From positions 1 to 64,000 of IMG/VR virus record IMGVR_UViG_3300027770_000025: a stretch of 64,000 bases of DNA; one strand, written 5' to 3'. Both the position numbers and the translations under genes were made by a program. Positions 32,011-40,860 of this stretch are shown in pieces; position 1 is the stretch's first letter, and each line of letters begins with the position of its first letter. The notes below the pieces were generated by a model. It had not been told where the DNA came from, searched no databases, and worked only from the letters and a program-made list of their open reading frames with translations.

Positions 32011-32728
32011 TGTAGTTTTCTGAGTAATGTTTATGATATTGATGTACTATTGAGTGATTAGTTAATTCCCAATTTGGGTTTCTGTTAGCTTCTATAAAAT
32101 CTATATTTTCCAAGTATTGATATCCAAAAATGCAAAAAAGTACGGTTAGTAAATAATCACAATTAGATATTCTCTTGTCATTATATATCAGCTCTTTTAA
32201 GAGTGTGTCATCTGTATCTTTTAGTATTCTAAGAAGTGATGATGTCCTGATTAGACTACCCCCACAAGCACCGAAATTGTAATTGGTATTAGCTGGATTA
32301 TATTTTTGTATTAGGGAAAGCACATTGTGATGTATTGTATTCGCAAAAGATCCTGACAGATCAGAATTCGAATTGGCTCTTATTTTACCCCTCAGCAATA
32401 TATCTGGCTCATAGTAAAGAATATAATCTGTTTTACAATAATCTACTGCATGTTTTAGCCTTTCTAGAAACTCCCTACAGCAAAGAATAAGCTTATCCAA
32501 TTCTTTTGACTCTGGATTATTTACATAGCCCAGAATATCAGCATACAGGGTAAAGTTAGAATTATCGTCACAAAGATCAGAAAAATCATACCCTCCATCA
32601 GATGCTAAATATATGGGTGCTTGCGGATAGTGATCTCTTATATTATCTATACAGAATCTTACTGCTTCATTTTCTTTGTAGCATGAAAAGAAAATTCCCA
32701 GATTATCTTCTATTAATATTTTATCCAT
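31988..32728 (-). CDS. GT-A fold glycosyltransferase-like
   Basis: SDGG, YYEPD, ACGG; operon context. Confidence 0.6.
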   Translation of the reverse strand: MDKILIEDNLGIFFSCYKENEAVRFCIDNIRDHYPQAPIYLASDGGYDFSDLCDDNSNFTLYADILGYVNNPESKELDKLILCCREFLERLKHAVDYCKTDYILYYEPDILLRGKIRANSNSDLSGSFANTIHHNVLSLIQKYNPANTNYNFGACGGSLIRTSSLLRILKDTDDTLLKELIYNDKRISNCDYLLTVLFCIFGYQYLENIDFIEANRNPNWELTNHSIVHQYHKHYSENYNGKYKKS

Positions 32729-33689
32729 TATTATAAACTTTTATAAGATCCAATGCTCTATTAATATACGTGTGATTTTCTTTTACTAATATCATTTGAT
32801 CTTTTATAAATTCGGTGTCGTTCATTTTTTTAATCCCGTCATAGAATAATTGACTAGAATCATCATTATAAATTACCATACCATCAAAGAAATCATAAAC
32901 CGCTTTAGAGTTTGTCATTCCGAGTTGACCGTAACTTATATTCTTCATAACTCTGCATGGAATATAACCCCAGTCTAGCATTGCTTTATGTCTAAAATCT
33001 GGAGCAAGATATGATTTCTGTATAAGCTCCATTGTAGTCTGGGATTCAAGGGGATTTGTCCATGGACAATTGCTTCTAAATTCTATTCCGTTCTCTTTAC
33101 AAGCTTCATAGAATGGCATTATATAAGGAACAGTATCATAATAATCTGGTGCTTTTAAGCAATCGAATAAACCGCCTCTTCCTCCTCCAATTGTACCTAT
33201 GTAATCTACTACATTTTCTCTTTTTATAAATCTATCATCAAGATTTATCTCATCGGGTAATAGATCAGTTGCCCAAGTAGTGTATATTATATCATATCCA
33301 TCCTTGCCCTTTTCGAAATATGTTCCCTTACCTATCTTCTCAGTCTGGCTTCTATCAAGATGATATTCATAATTTTTATCAATCCATGAGTTAGCATTAT
33401 ATCTTACGTCTATCAATCTTCCTACTCTTCCTAGATATTGCTCGTGTCTATTATCTTTATTTCCTAGATAATGGATAAAGTATGTTGCAGTATTAGAGAT
33501 TGGCATATTCCTTGTTGCAAATTGCTCGGTTATTACTAGAGCGTCATTGAAATCCACATTGTGGCTACTCTCTGAATCCAACCAATGCACATCATAGCCA
33601 AGTGACTTGAATGCCTTATAGTACCCATAGTGTATATAGCTATGTGTGTGGCTGTAAAGGGGATATCCCCATATAATTACTTTTTTCAC
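32721..33689 (-). CDS. GT-B-like glycosyltransferase
   Basis: HTHSYIH..Y.AF..LGYDV.W, WATD, YIPCR, HTYINR. Confidence 0.6.
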   Translation of the reverse strand: MKKVIIWGYPLYSHTHSYIHYGYYKAFKSLGYDVHWLDSESSHNVDFNDALVITEQFATRNMPISNTATYFIHYLGNKDNRHEQYLGRVGRLIDVRYNANSWIDKNYEYHLDRSQTEKIGKGTYFEKGKDGYDIIYTTWATDLLPDEINLDDRFIKRENVVDYIGTIGGGRGGLFDCLKAPDYYDTVPYIMPFYEACKENGIEFRSNCPWTNPLESQTTMELIQKSYLAPDFRHKAMLDWGYIPCRVMKNISYGQLGMTNSKAVYDFFDGMVIYNDDSSQLFYDGIKKMNDTEFIKDQMILVKENHTYINRALDLIKVYNNG

Positions 33690-34420
33690 TAGAATGATAT
33701 TTCAAAATTTCTATATTCTACCTCTATACCGAACAATTTAGCATGATCCCTTAGATACGCTTCGTTTGTCCATATCCCGCCATCATCCACTATCTTATTT
33801 CTATGAAAATCTATAGCATAAAATATACTTGATATTATATTGGAGTTTGTGTTGTTCGTTATCATAAACCAGTCATTCACTTCACCCCTCGGTAGCTCTT
33901 TGTAACCACTTGTAAGTTTGGATAGATCTATAGAATTAAAATTTATTTTAGTTTTAGGTGAAACATCAAATCTTGAAACTATAACGCAATCGTATTCGAA
34001 CTGATTTTCTTGAGAATATAACTCTTTTAAAAGAAGTGATTGATTTATACTATACCACATGCTGTATGCAGATTTTACTCTATTCATTATAAAATCATCG
34101 CGATCGTATGCTCTTGAATATGACCAGCATTCGTCTATATTTTCCTCAGTAGCTGGAACTAATTTACCGTTAAATACCTTTTGTTTTTCTAGTATGAATT
34201 TTTTTGATTCTGTTACTGAGGGAATTTTATAATCAAGGGATTCCTCCAAATTGAAATTTTCAAATCCTGGGGTCATCTTATGTATATTTCTATCGCTAGG
34301 ATCGTACCATGAATGGAAAAATACATCCACGTTATTTCCGTCTATTATATTTCTTCTAAAATAATCCCAGTTGGATGAAAAGTTTCTAGGTTGCCCGTAG
34401 AAGCAAAGTGCTATTCTCAT
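33689..34420 (-). CDS. Putative glycosyltransferase (G.PR / SRFD family)
   Basis: IALCFYGQPR, DVFFHSW, SMWYSI, YDCVIVSRFD, NDWF. Confidence 0.6.
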   Translation of the reverse strand: MRIALCFYGQPRNFSSNWDYFRRNIIDGNNVDVFFHSWYDPSDRNIHKMTPGFENFNLEESLDYKIPSVTESKKFILEKQKVFNGKLVPATEENIDECWSYSRAYDRDDFIMNRVKSAYSMWYSINQSLLLKELYSQENQFEYDCVIVSRFDVSPKTKINFNSIDLSKLTSGYKELPRGEVNDWFMITNNTNSNIISSIFYAIDFHRNKIVDDGGIWTNEAYLRDHAKLFGIEVEYRNFEISF

Positions 34421-35085
34421 ATTTTTTTAAATATTAGATTGCAGTAGGTGACTTTAAATTGTGAGATACCATGATAGTCAACGTTTATATTAAAGTCCTC
34501 GTTTAATGTGTCATAATTAAAATCCCCTATCAGCTTAAATCCAGAGGACTCGTATATTCTGATCATGTCATCTACCTTTATGAATTCATTCTGGTTATAA
34601 TACGATTCATCTGTATGCGATATAACATCGCTTGCTATTACAACATATCCTCCATTTTTTATTTTTCTATATAGAGAATCTGCTGCTTTTAATAGACCGG
34701 TATTACCATTTTCGTCATACTCAAAATGGGTTAAAGAGCACCCATCAAGAGCATAATTTATGGTATTATCTTCGTGTGATTCTATGTATGTAAAAAAATC
34801 TCCTATATTATGATATAGATTTTCTCTTTGAAAGGTATTACTAACTGATATGTCTATCATATGGCCTTCTTTAAAATGCTCGCATAATAGCCAAGCAAGT
34901 GGTGATGGACCAGCTCCACAATCAACAAATTTATTTTTCTCACCATTTGAATTCATTACAAAATCGTATATGATGAAATTTTTATACGTTGAATCATCAT
35001 TTTTTAACGGAAGACTTTCTATTTCATTCTTGTATTTGGATCTAAGGATCTCTAGATCTTTACCTTCGCAATATTTTAAATACAT
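34417..35085 (-). CDS. SAM methyltransferase-like protein
   Basis: VDCGAG, CSLTHF, IKNGGYVVI. Confidence 0.6.
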   Translation of the reverse strand: MYLKYCEGKDLEILRSKYKNEIESLPLKNDDSTYKNFIIYDFVMNSNGEKNKFVDCGAGPSPLAWLLCEHFKEGHMIDISVSNTFQRENLYHNIGDFFTYIESHEDNTINYALDGCSLTHFEYDENGNTGLLKAADSLYRKIKNGGYVVIASDVISHTDESYYNQNEFIKVDDMIRIYESSGFKLIGDFNYDTLNEDFNINVDYHGISQFKVTYCNLIFKKI

Positions 35086-35201
35086 ATTAATTATTTTGTG
35101 TTATTTTTATATTAATCCCATAGTGATGAATTTTAAATCATACAGATTGTTAGATATTCTTTATAATTATAGGAATTTTTAGAACTATTGTTTCTTGATA
35201 T

Positions 35202-36212
35202 CTATATTTTTATTAGTGAACATATGGATTTAATTAAATCCAATATATTCGGATTAGAATCCCAATTGAGAATTTTTTTAGAGAGATTGTTATTACCCAT
35301 GGATTTTTTAATTGTTTCTTTCTCCACTATAGTTTTTCTGAGTGGAAATTTACCGTCAAAAAGGTCATCATAGCTATCCCATAATTTATCAGATTCTCTG
35401 TACGTGGCATCTATATTTTTTTCTAATGCTATACCTTCTTTGACACTCTCTAAAATATCTTTGACCGAGGTTAATGTACCGCTTGAAACATTAAATGTAT
35501 TATACCCTTTATTATCCATATTTAGACATTTCTCTATGAGGTCAACCACATCATTAACATAAACATAATCCCTTGACTGCTCACCGTCCGAATGTAATAT
35601 CGGGGATCTACCATTCTTAAGCTCCCTTACTATATAGTTTATTAGCGGTGGGGATTTTCTGTGTATATCCTGTCTGGGACCAAATACATTAAAAAATCTT
35701 AGTGTTGTTATATTCATACCATAATTTTCAGAGAAGGATGTGCATATCTCCTCTGCCATTTTTTTAGATAATGAATAAAAGAGCCTTGGATTTATCTCGT
35801 CTGATTCGGAGAATCCTTTATTACTGAGCGGTGTGTTTTCATAAACTGCGCTGGTGCTTGCAAATATTATCTTTTCTATACCATATTTTCTTGCAGCTCC
35901 TAGAACCGAAGCAGTTCCTTCAACATTACATCTTATACATTCTCTGTAATTTACTTCGCAATCAGGAAGAGATGTTATAGCTGCAAGATGCACTATAGCA
36001 TCAGGTATTTCCTCAGATATTAAGTTATGAAAATCGTCAGAATTTACATCAATCTTATAAAATTGGCCAAAAGTCTTACCATCAACAATTAGATTTTCTA
36101 TGTACCCGTTACGCAAATTATCAACCAGAATAAGATCGTGTCCGTTCTGATTTAGAAAATGCCCGAGTGTGGATCCTATACCACCAGCAGCCCCTGTTAT
36201 AAGTATTTTCAT
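35202..36212 (-). CDS. NAD-dependent nucleotide-sugar epimerase/dehydratase
   Basis: GAAGGIG, HLAA, ASTSAVY, YSLSK, RFFNVFGP, RDYVYV. Confidence 0.92.
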   Translation of the reverse strand: MKILITGAAGGIGSTLGHFLNQNGHDLILVDNLRNGYIENLIVDGKTFGQFYKIDVNSDDFHNLISEEIPDAIVHLAAITSLPDCEVNYRECIRCNVEGTASVLGAARKYGIEKIIFASTSAVYENTPLSNKGFSESDEINPRLFYSLSKKMAEEICTSFSENYGMNITTLRFFNVFGPRQDIHRKSPPLINYIVRELKNGRSPILHSDGEQSRDYVYVNDVVDLIEKCLNMDNKGYNTFNVSSGTLTSVKDILESVKEGIALEKNIDATYRESDKLWDSYDDLFDGKFPLRKTIVEKETIKKSMGNNNLSKKILNWDSNPNILDLIKSICSLIKI

Positions 36213-36214
36213 TA

Positions 36215-37285
36215 TTATATTTTCAAATATTGATTAATGCTATCGCTATCTCTTGGTATATTTATTGAAGAGCAAGAAGGATATGGATTAGATTTAGCGA
36301 AATCGTTTATCAGAAGTCTTTGCGAATGAGGTAGTCCCATAATTAGAATATCATGGGGTATATTATGCTTATTCATTTCCACGATAGTTAATTCCCTATA
36401 CTCTTCAGGTCTGCTCGTGGTTATAATAATAAACCCACCATTTTCTTTTATTTTTCTAATCATACTTATATTATCAATAAGTGGCTTACCCTCACCTATA
36501 AACGGCGGTATTAAATGGGATGTATTAGTTATAAGCGTTCCGTCTAGATCTGTAAAAACAGTATATAATTTTTCCTTATAATCATTCCAAGATTTTATTG
36601 TTCCCCAATCTAGAAACGCTAAAGACTCGTTACCCCTGAATATTTTATTATCTAGTATCATTTCAAATATAACATTGCTTATGTAGCATTCACCCGTAAG
36701 ATTACCTATCCTGTTATAATAATCACAGAATTCATTAGCTGAATTAAATCCGTAACCCCCCACGCAAAAATTAGAGCTTATAACTCTTTTTTCGACCATA
36801 TTTATAATGGTGTTATTGGAATCAAGTTCTATATAGCTTTTAGATTTTGCATTTATTTCATCTATATTATTTATATCAAAATATGTTACTTGATTATCGT
36901 CTGATTCTATATCACATTCGAAATACCCATCGGAATCTTTAATATAGATGAATCCATTAATTCCTGTCTTCTGGATAGCCATGTAAACAGTTTCTGCCTG
37001 TGAATTTGTAGACATATCTAGAACTATTGTATTTATACGATCAAGCACTGTATCCATAGAAATGGTATTTTTTATGGATTTCTTTATCGCTCCGGAAGCA
37101 TTATAAAGGTCCTCATGTTCTTTCAGAAAGACAAAATATATTTGATCGAAAAAATCTAGGTTTATTCCACGTATAGATTCTACGCACATAAGGTTTCCTG
37201 TTAAAGGGTGTGTTAGCATCCATTTGGGTCTCATTCCAGGGAATCTAGAGGATTTACCTCCCATAGGTATTATTAAATTCTTCAT
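36215..37285 (-). CDS. Nucleotidyltransferase fused to C-terminal HAD domain
   Basis: IPMGGKSSRF....PK, DSD, DWGT; then FTDLDGTL, TTSR, INDF. Confidence 0.8.
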   Translation of the reverse strand: MKNLIIPMGGKSSRFPGMRPKWMLTHPLTGNLMCVESIRGINLDFFDQIYFVFLKEHEDLYNASGAIKKSIKNTISMDTVLDRINTIVLDMSTNSQAETVYMAIQKTGINGFIYIKDSDGYFECDIESDDNQVTYFDINNIDEINAKSKSYIELDSNNTIINMVEKRVISSNFCVGGYGFNSANEFCDYYNRIGNLTGECYISNVIFEMILDNKIFRGNESLAFLDWGTIKSWNDYKEKLYTVFTDLDGTLITNTSHLIPPFIGEGKPLIDNISMIRKIKENGGFIIITTSRPEEYRELTIVEMNKHNIPHDILIMGLPHSQRLLINDFAKSNPYPSCSSINIPRDSDSINQYLKI

Positions 37286-38126
37286 AGATAGGTAATTTTT
37301 TTATAATTTTTTCAATTGTTAATCTGTCATGCTCTTGCTTAGCGTATGGATATATTCTTAAAAAATTTAAAGCTTCTAATACTTTAAATTCTTCAGATGC
37401 AACTATTTTAGGGTATTTCATCTCTATCGACCTCCATATTTTAAGCGACGTTTGAACACATCTGAGGTTTAGCTCATTATTGTCTTTTAAAAAACTCCAG
37501 AAATAAAAAAGATCCTGCTTTAATTTAACCAGATCTATTACCCAGCTTTCAATATACGAATCTAGAAAGTCTAGTATAAAGATATGGCTTTTACTAAATA
37601 ATATATTAGATAGTGTTAGATCGCCGTGACAAAAGCTCCTTGGTATTTCTACGTTTTCTAGCTTTAATATTTTCTTTTCTATAAAATCGGAAAATTCACC
37701 ATCAGGGATGTTTTTTTTAATAGACCCCAATTTTTCTCTGCAGATTTCAGAAAATTGTATATCGGTATATTTGTCTTCTGTTGATCCGATGGAATCAATA
37801 TAGTTAAATATAGATTTTGTAAATAAGTCAATATCCTCTGGTGATGAGTAATTTAGAAAATATCTATAATCTTTACCTGTAGCATATTCCATGATAAAAT
37901 ATTCCAGATCGTATTCATCCCTACCAGTTTCTGTTATAAGCGGGCATTGTATACCTGAAATATCCATCATTCTAAATTCGTATTGTTTTTTTATCTGATT
38001 GATCAGCCTGTGATTATACCCTTTGTCGGATGATACTTTTCTAACTGATTTACCATCGGATGAGATAGTTAATTTACATCCAGATAATCCACCCGTAAGG
38101 GATTTTACCAATCTGTGCTGGCTCAT
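37254..38126 (-). CDS. APH/choline-kinase-like phosphotransferase
   Basis: GLSG, CHGDLTLSNI, LDF, DLVKLKQD. The ATG at 38126 overlaps the upstream stop. Confidence 0.8.
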   Translation of the reverse strand: MSQHRLVKSLTGGLSGCKLTISSDGKSVRKVSSDKGYNHRLINQIKKQYEFRMMDISGIQCPLITETGRDEYDLEYFIMEYATGKDYRYFLNYSSPEDIDLFTKSIFNYIDSIGSTEDKYTDIQFSEICREKLGSIKKNIPDGEFSDFIEKKILKLENVEIPRSFCHGDLTLSNILFSKSHIFILDFLDSYIESWVIDLVKLKQDLFYFWSFLKDNNELNLRCVQTSLKIWRSIEMKYPKIVASEEFKVLEALNFLRIYPYAKQEHDRLTIEKIIKKLPIYEEFNNTYGR

Positions 38127-38977
38127 TATAGTATTTTCCAATTTTTACAGTAGATATCTGATGTATCATTCTGTATTAAATCTCCGAACCATCTAGAGGG
38201 TGCAATTACAATTTTATCCGGGTTTACATTTAACCAAGCACCCCACCAGCTAAATGAGCTGTTTGCAATTATATTATGATCGCATAAAGACATCGCACAC
38301 ATTTCAGTATATGGATTTTCTAGATTGCTAATTATATAATTCGGATCATTAAACTCTGTTTTACACCATTCAACGTCATCTGAGAATATCACATATATGA
38401 TATTCTCGTTTAGTATTCTAAGCTCTTCGATTGCATTGTTATAATAATTAAAAGAACATGGCGGGTGATGATCTGGGAACATGACATAATCTCCTCTTCT
38501 AACGTGTATAGAAGCTATTACAGCATCTTTATTCTCTTTCCTTATTGTTTGTATATAAGACTCGGCAGAGTCCTTATATGGGCTTTTAAATGTGAACTGT
38601 GAGAGTATAGAATCCCTGAATTCATCAAAGTATTTTTCAGTCTGGAAGTACCCGTTTAATGAGCAATCATCATAAAGGCTTTCCACTCCTGTATTATATC
38701 CAAATTCATTCTCGCTGTAATAATACCCTTGATTTATGTGTCTTTGCGGAATGAAGTATTCTGGACTGATATCAAAGCAATCAGTAAGATCACATTTAAC
38801 CGGCATGCATCGTCCGATCTTAGGATCGAAAGGACCAGACTCTTGATAATTAAGGCAATTCTCTATAGGAAATCTTGCAATAGTATTTAATCTATTGGCA
38901 ATTCCTAGGGTTGAGGCAAATTGAAACATCTGGTTTCCTAGCCTCCCCATATAACCTATTTGTTGAAATGATATCAT
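38126..38977 (-). CDS. GT11 alpha-1,2-fucosyltransferase
   Basis: GRLGNQMFQ, GYFQ, HVRRGDY, FSDD, IANSSFSWWGAWL. Confidence 0.93.
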   Translation of the reverse strand: MISFQQIGYMGRLGNQMFQFASTLGIANRLNTIARFPIENCLNYQESGPFDPKIGRCMPVKCDLTDCFDISPEYFIPQRHINQGYYYSENEFGYNTGVESLYDDCSLNGYFQTEKYFDEFRDSILSQFTFKSPYKDSAESYIQTIRKENKDAVIASIHVRRGDYVMFPDHHPPCSFNYYNNAIEELRILNENIIYVIFSDDVEWCKTEFNDPNYIISNLENPYTEMCAMSLCDHNIIANSSFSWWGAWLNVNPDKIVIAPSRWFGDLIQNDTSDIYCKNWKIL

Positions 38978-39081
38978 TATTACTCTATTATTCTTATTTC
39001 ATTTTATCCAAAATACACCTTTAAGTTTCAGGACGGAACCAAATACTATAATATCGATAAAATAAGAAAAGAATTTAATTA

Positions 39082-39741
39082 ATGGAAAAACTAGCAGTAA
39101 TAGTACCCTACAGAAATAGAGCTGAACATCTAAAGGTGTTCATTCCTTATATGGAAAAATCTTTAGCCAAGGAGAAAATTCCATTTAATATATTTATAAT
39201 AGAACAGCATGACGATAAACCATTCAATCGTGCTAAGTTACTAAATATAGGATTTAAAGAAGCTATGAGCTATGACTACTTTGCTTTCCATGATGTTGAT
39301 ATGCTTCCTGTTGATTCGGATTATTCTTTTCCTGATGGACCAACACACCTTTCATCTGAGGTTGAACAATTTAATTGGGGATTACCATATGATGGTTATT
39401 TTGGTGGGGTTACCCTATTCGACAAAGAAAGCTTTGTTAACATTAATGGGTACTCTAATGAGTATTGGGGATGGGGAGCTGAAGACGATGACGTGATTCA
39501 CCGGTGCATGATAAGGGATGTTGACACGTATAGAAAACCATGTAGATACAGGTCTTTGAATCATGAGAGAAACATAGAGAGATTCGAATACAACCAGAAT
39601 CTAACACGACTCTATGAATTTCAGAATTCAGATTCGCCAGAAACTATGATATCAAATGATGGCATATCTAGCTTGATCTACGAAAAGGTATCAACGGACG
39701 ATCTTTCAAGAAAAACAAAATTGATCAGGGTTAAATTATAG
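39082..39741 (+). CDS. GT7 beta-1,4-galactosyltransferase-like
   Basis: IVPYRNR..HL, FNRAKLLNIG, FHDVD, YFGGV, NEYWGWGAEDDD. Confidence 0.92.
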   Translation: MEKLAVIVPYRNRAEHLKVFIPYMEKSLAKEKIPFNIFIIEQHDDKPFNRAKLLNIGFKEAMSYDYFAFHDVDMLPVDSDYSFPDGPTHLSSEVEQFNWGLPYDGYFGGVTLFDKESFVNINGYSNEYWGWGAEDDDVIHRCMIRDVDTYRKPCRYRSLNHERNIERFEYNQNLTRLYEFQNSDSPETMISNDGISSLIYEKVSTDDLSRKTKLIRVKL

Positions 39742-39744
39742 GTA

Positions 39745-40296
39745 GTGTTTAAGCTAAAGGACATAAAGAAGAATCGGCTGGTCATATTTGACCTCGACGA
39801 CACCTTGGTAAAAACTGATGCAAAAATCAAGATAATAAGCGGCAGAACAAAAAAAGTAATAGCAGAGCTAACACCTAACGACTTTAATTCGTTTAAGAAA
39901 AAATCGGGGCATATCTTTAATTTCGATGATTTCGAGGATCCAGAAATTCTTAGACAGGGAAAGCTTATTCATTCTATATTTTCTAAATTAAGATATTATT
40001 ACAGGAAAGGAATTCCAGTTTCTATAGTTACCGCAAGAAGTTCTTCGAATATAGTTAGAGGGTTCTTTCTTGAAAATGGTATAGATATTCATCCTGATTT
40101 GGTTATAGCCATAAATGATCCCGGATCAAATTTACAAGGAAATATAGCTGAGAGAAAGCAGAAAGCTATCAAGAGCCTAATTGATGATGGCTATATCAAT
40201 TTGATATTCTTTGATGATAATGAGGATAACCTAGCTTTAGCTAAAAATCTGGAAGGATATAAAAATTCTAGGATAAAGCTAATCCGTGTTATTTAA
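39745..40296 (+). CDS. HAD-superfamily phosphatase
   Basis: FDLDDTL, VTARS, K, FFDDN. Confidence 0.8.
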   Translation: MFKLKDIKKNRLVIFDLDDTLVKTDAKIKIISGRTKKVIAELTPNDFNSFKKKSGHIFNFDDFEDPEILRQGKLIHSIFSKLRYYYRKGIPVSIVTARSSSNIVRGFFLENGIDIHPDLVIAINDPGSNLQGNIAERKQKAIKSLIDDGYINLIFFDDNEDNLALAKNLEGYKNSRIKLIRVI

Positions 40297-40532
40297 TCAT
40301 CAGATTTTCTAAGATCGTTAAGAACCCTATTTACAGTATTCTTTAAATGTTCTCTATTTTGATCCATCGATAGAGGATCATCATTTTTTAGAAGATAACT
40401 TATACCTTCTAGTGCTCCTAAGGAAAATGCTATCTTAGCCTTTAAATAATTATTTTCATTCATTACTTCGAAGATTTTCCTGTCTTGTACCTGAGCTTTA
40501 AATTCTTTTTTAGACTCCATTTTTAATTTCAT
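40293..40532 (-). CDS. Hypothetical protein
   Basis: 79-aa ORF converging on the HAD gene. Confidence 0.5.
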   Translation of the reverse strand: MKLKMESKKEFKAQVQDRKIFEVMNENNYLKAKIAFSLGALEGISYLLKNDDPLSMDQNREHLKNTVNRVLNDLRKSDD

Positions 40533-40662
40533 TTGAAATGTATAATGTATATAATCAAACCAATTAAAAACCCAAAAAACTTGAAATTACGTAGATTCCT
40601 TATTTTGCTGTATAACAGGAATATCTAAAGAACTAGGGTATTTGAAATAAATAAAAAAGGAC

Positions 40663-40860
40663 CTATTGGTCCCTCTTTTGATCTTTTTTAGATTGTACGT
40701 ATTTAGCTTTTTTAATCTCGTCCCTTCTGGATACACTTTTCTTTTTAAAATTTTTTCTCTCTTTAAGCTCCTGTATTATTTGTAATTTGGTGTATTTGTA
40801 TTTATATTTTTTGAGAGCAGCATCAATACTTATTTTACCGTTAATGTTTATCTGGATCAT
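40663..40860 (-). CDS. rpsU: Ribosomal protein bS21 (Bacteroidetes-type)
   Basis: IDAALKKYK.K......QELKERK.F.KKSV.RR.EI.KA.Y pattern; 65 aa, basic. Confidence 0.88.
   Translation of the reverse strand: MIQININGKISIDAALKKYKYKYTKLQIIQELKERKNFKKKSVSRRDEIKKAKYVQSKKDQKRDQ

Noticed and set aside
22568-39741. Bacterial O-antigen/capsule locus or host contamination
   Set aside because: No flippase, polymerase, exporter or priming transferase; contiguous with T4-like core genes and similar in composition.
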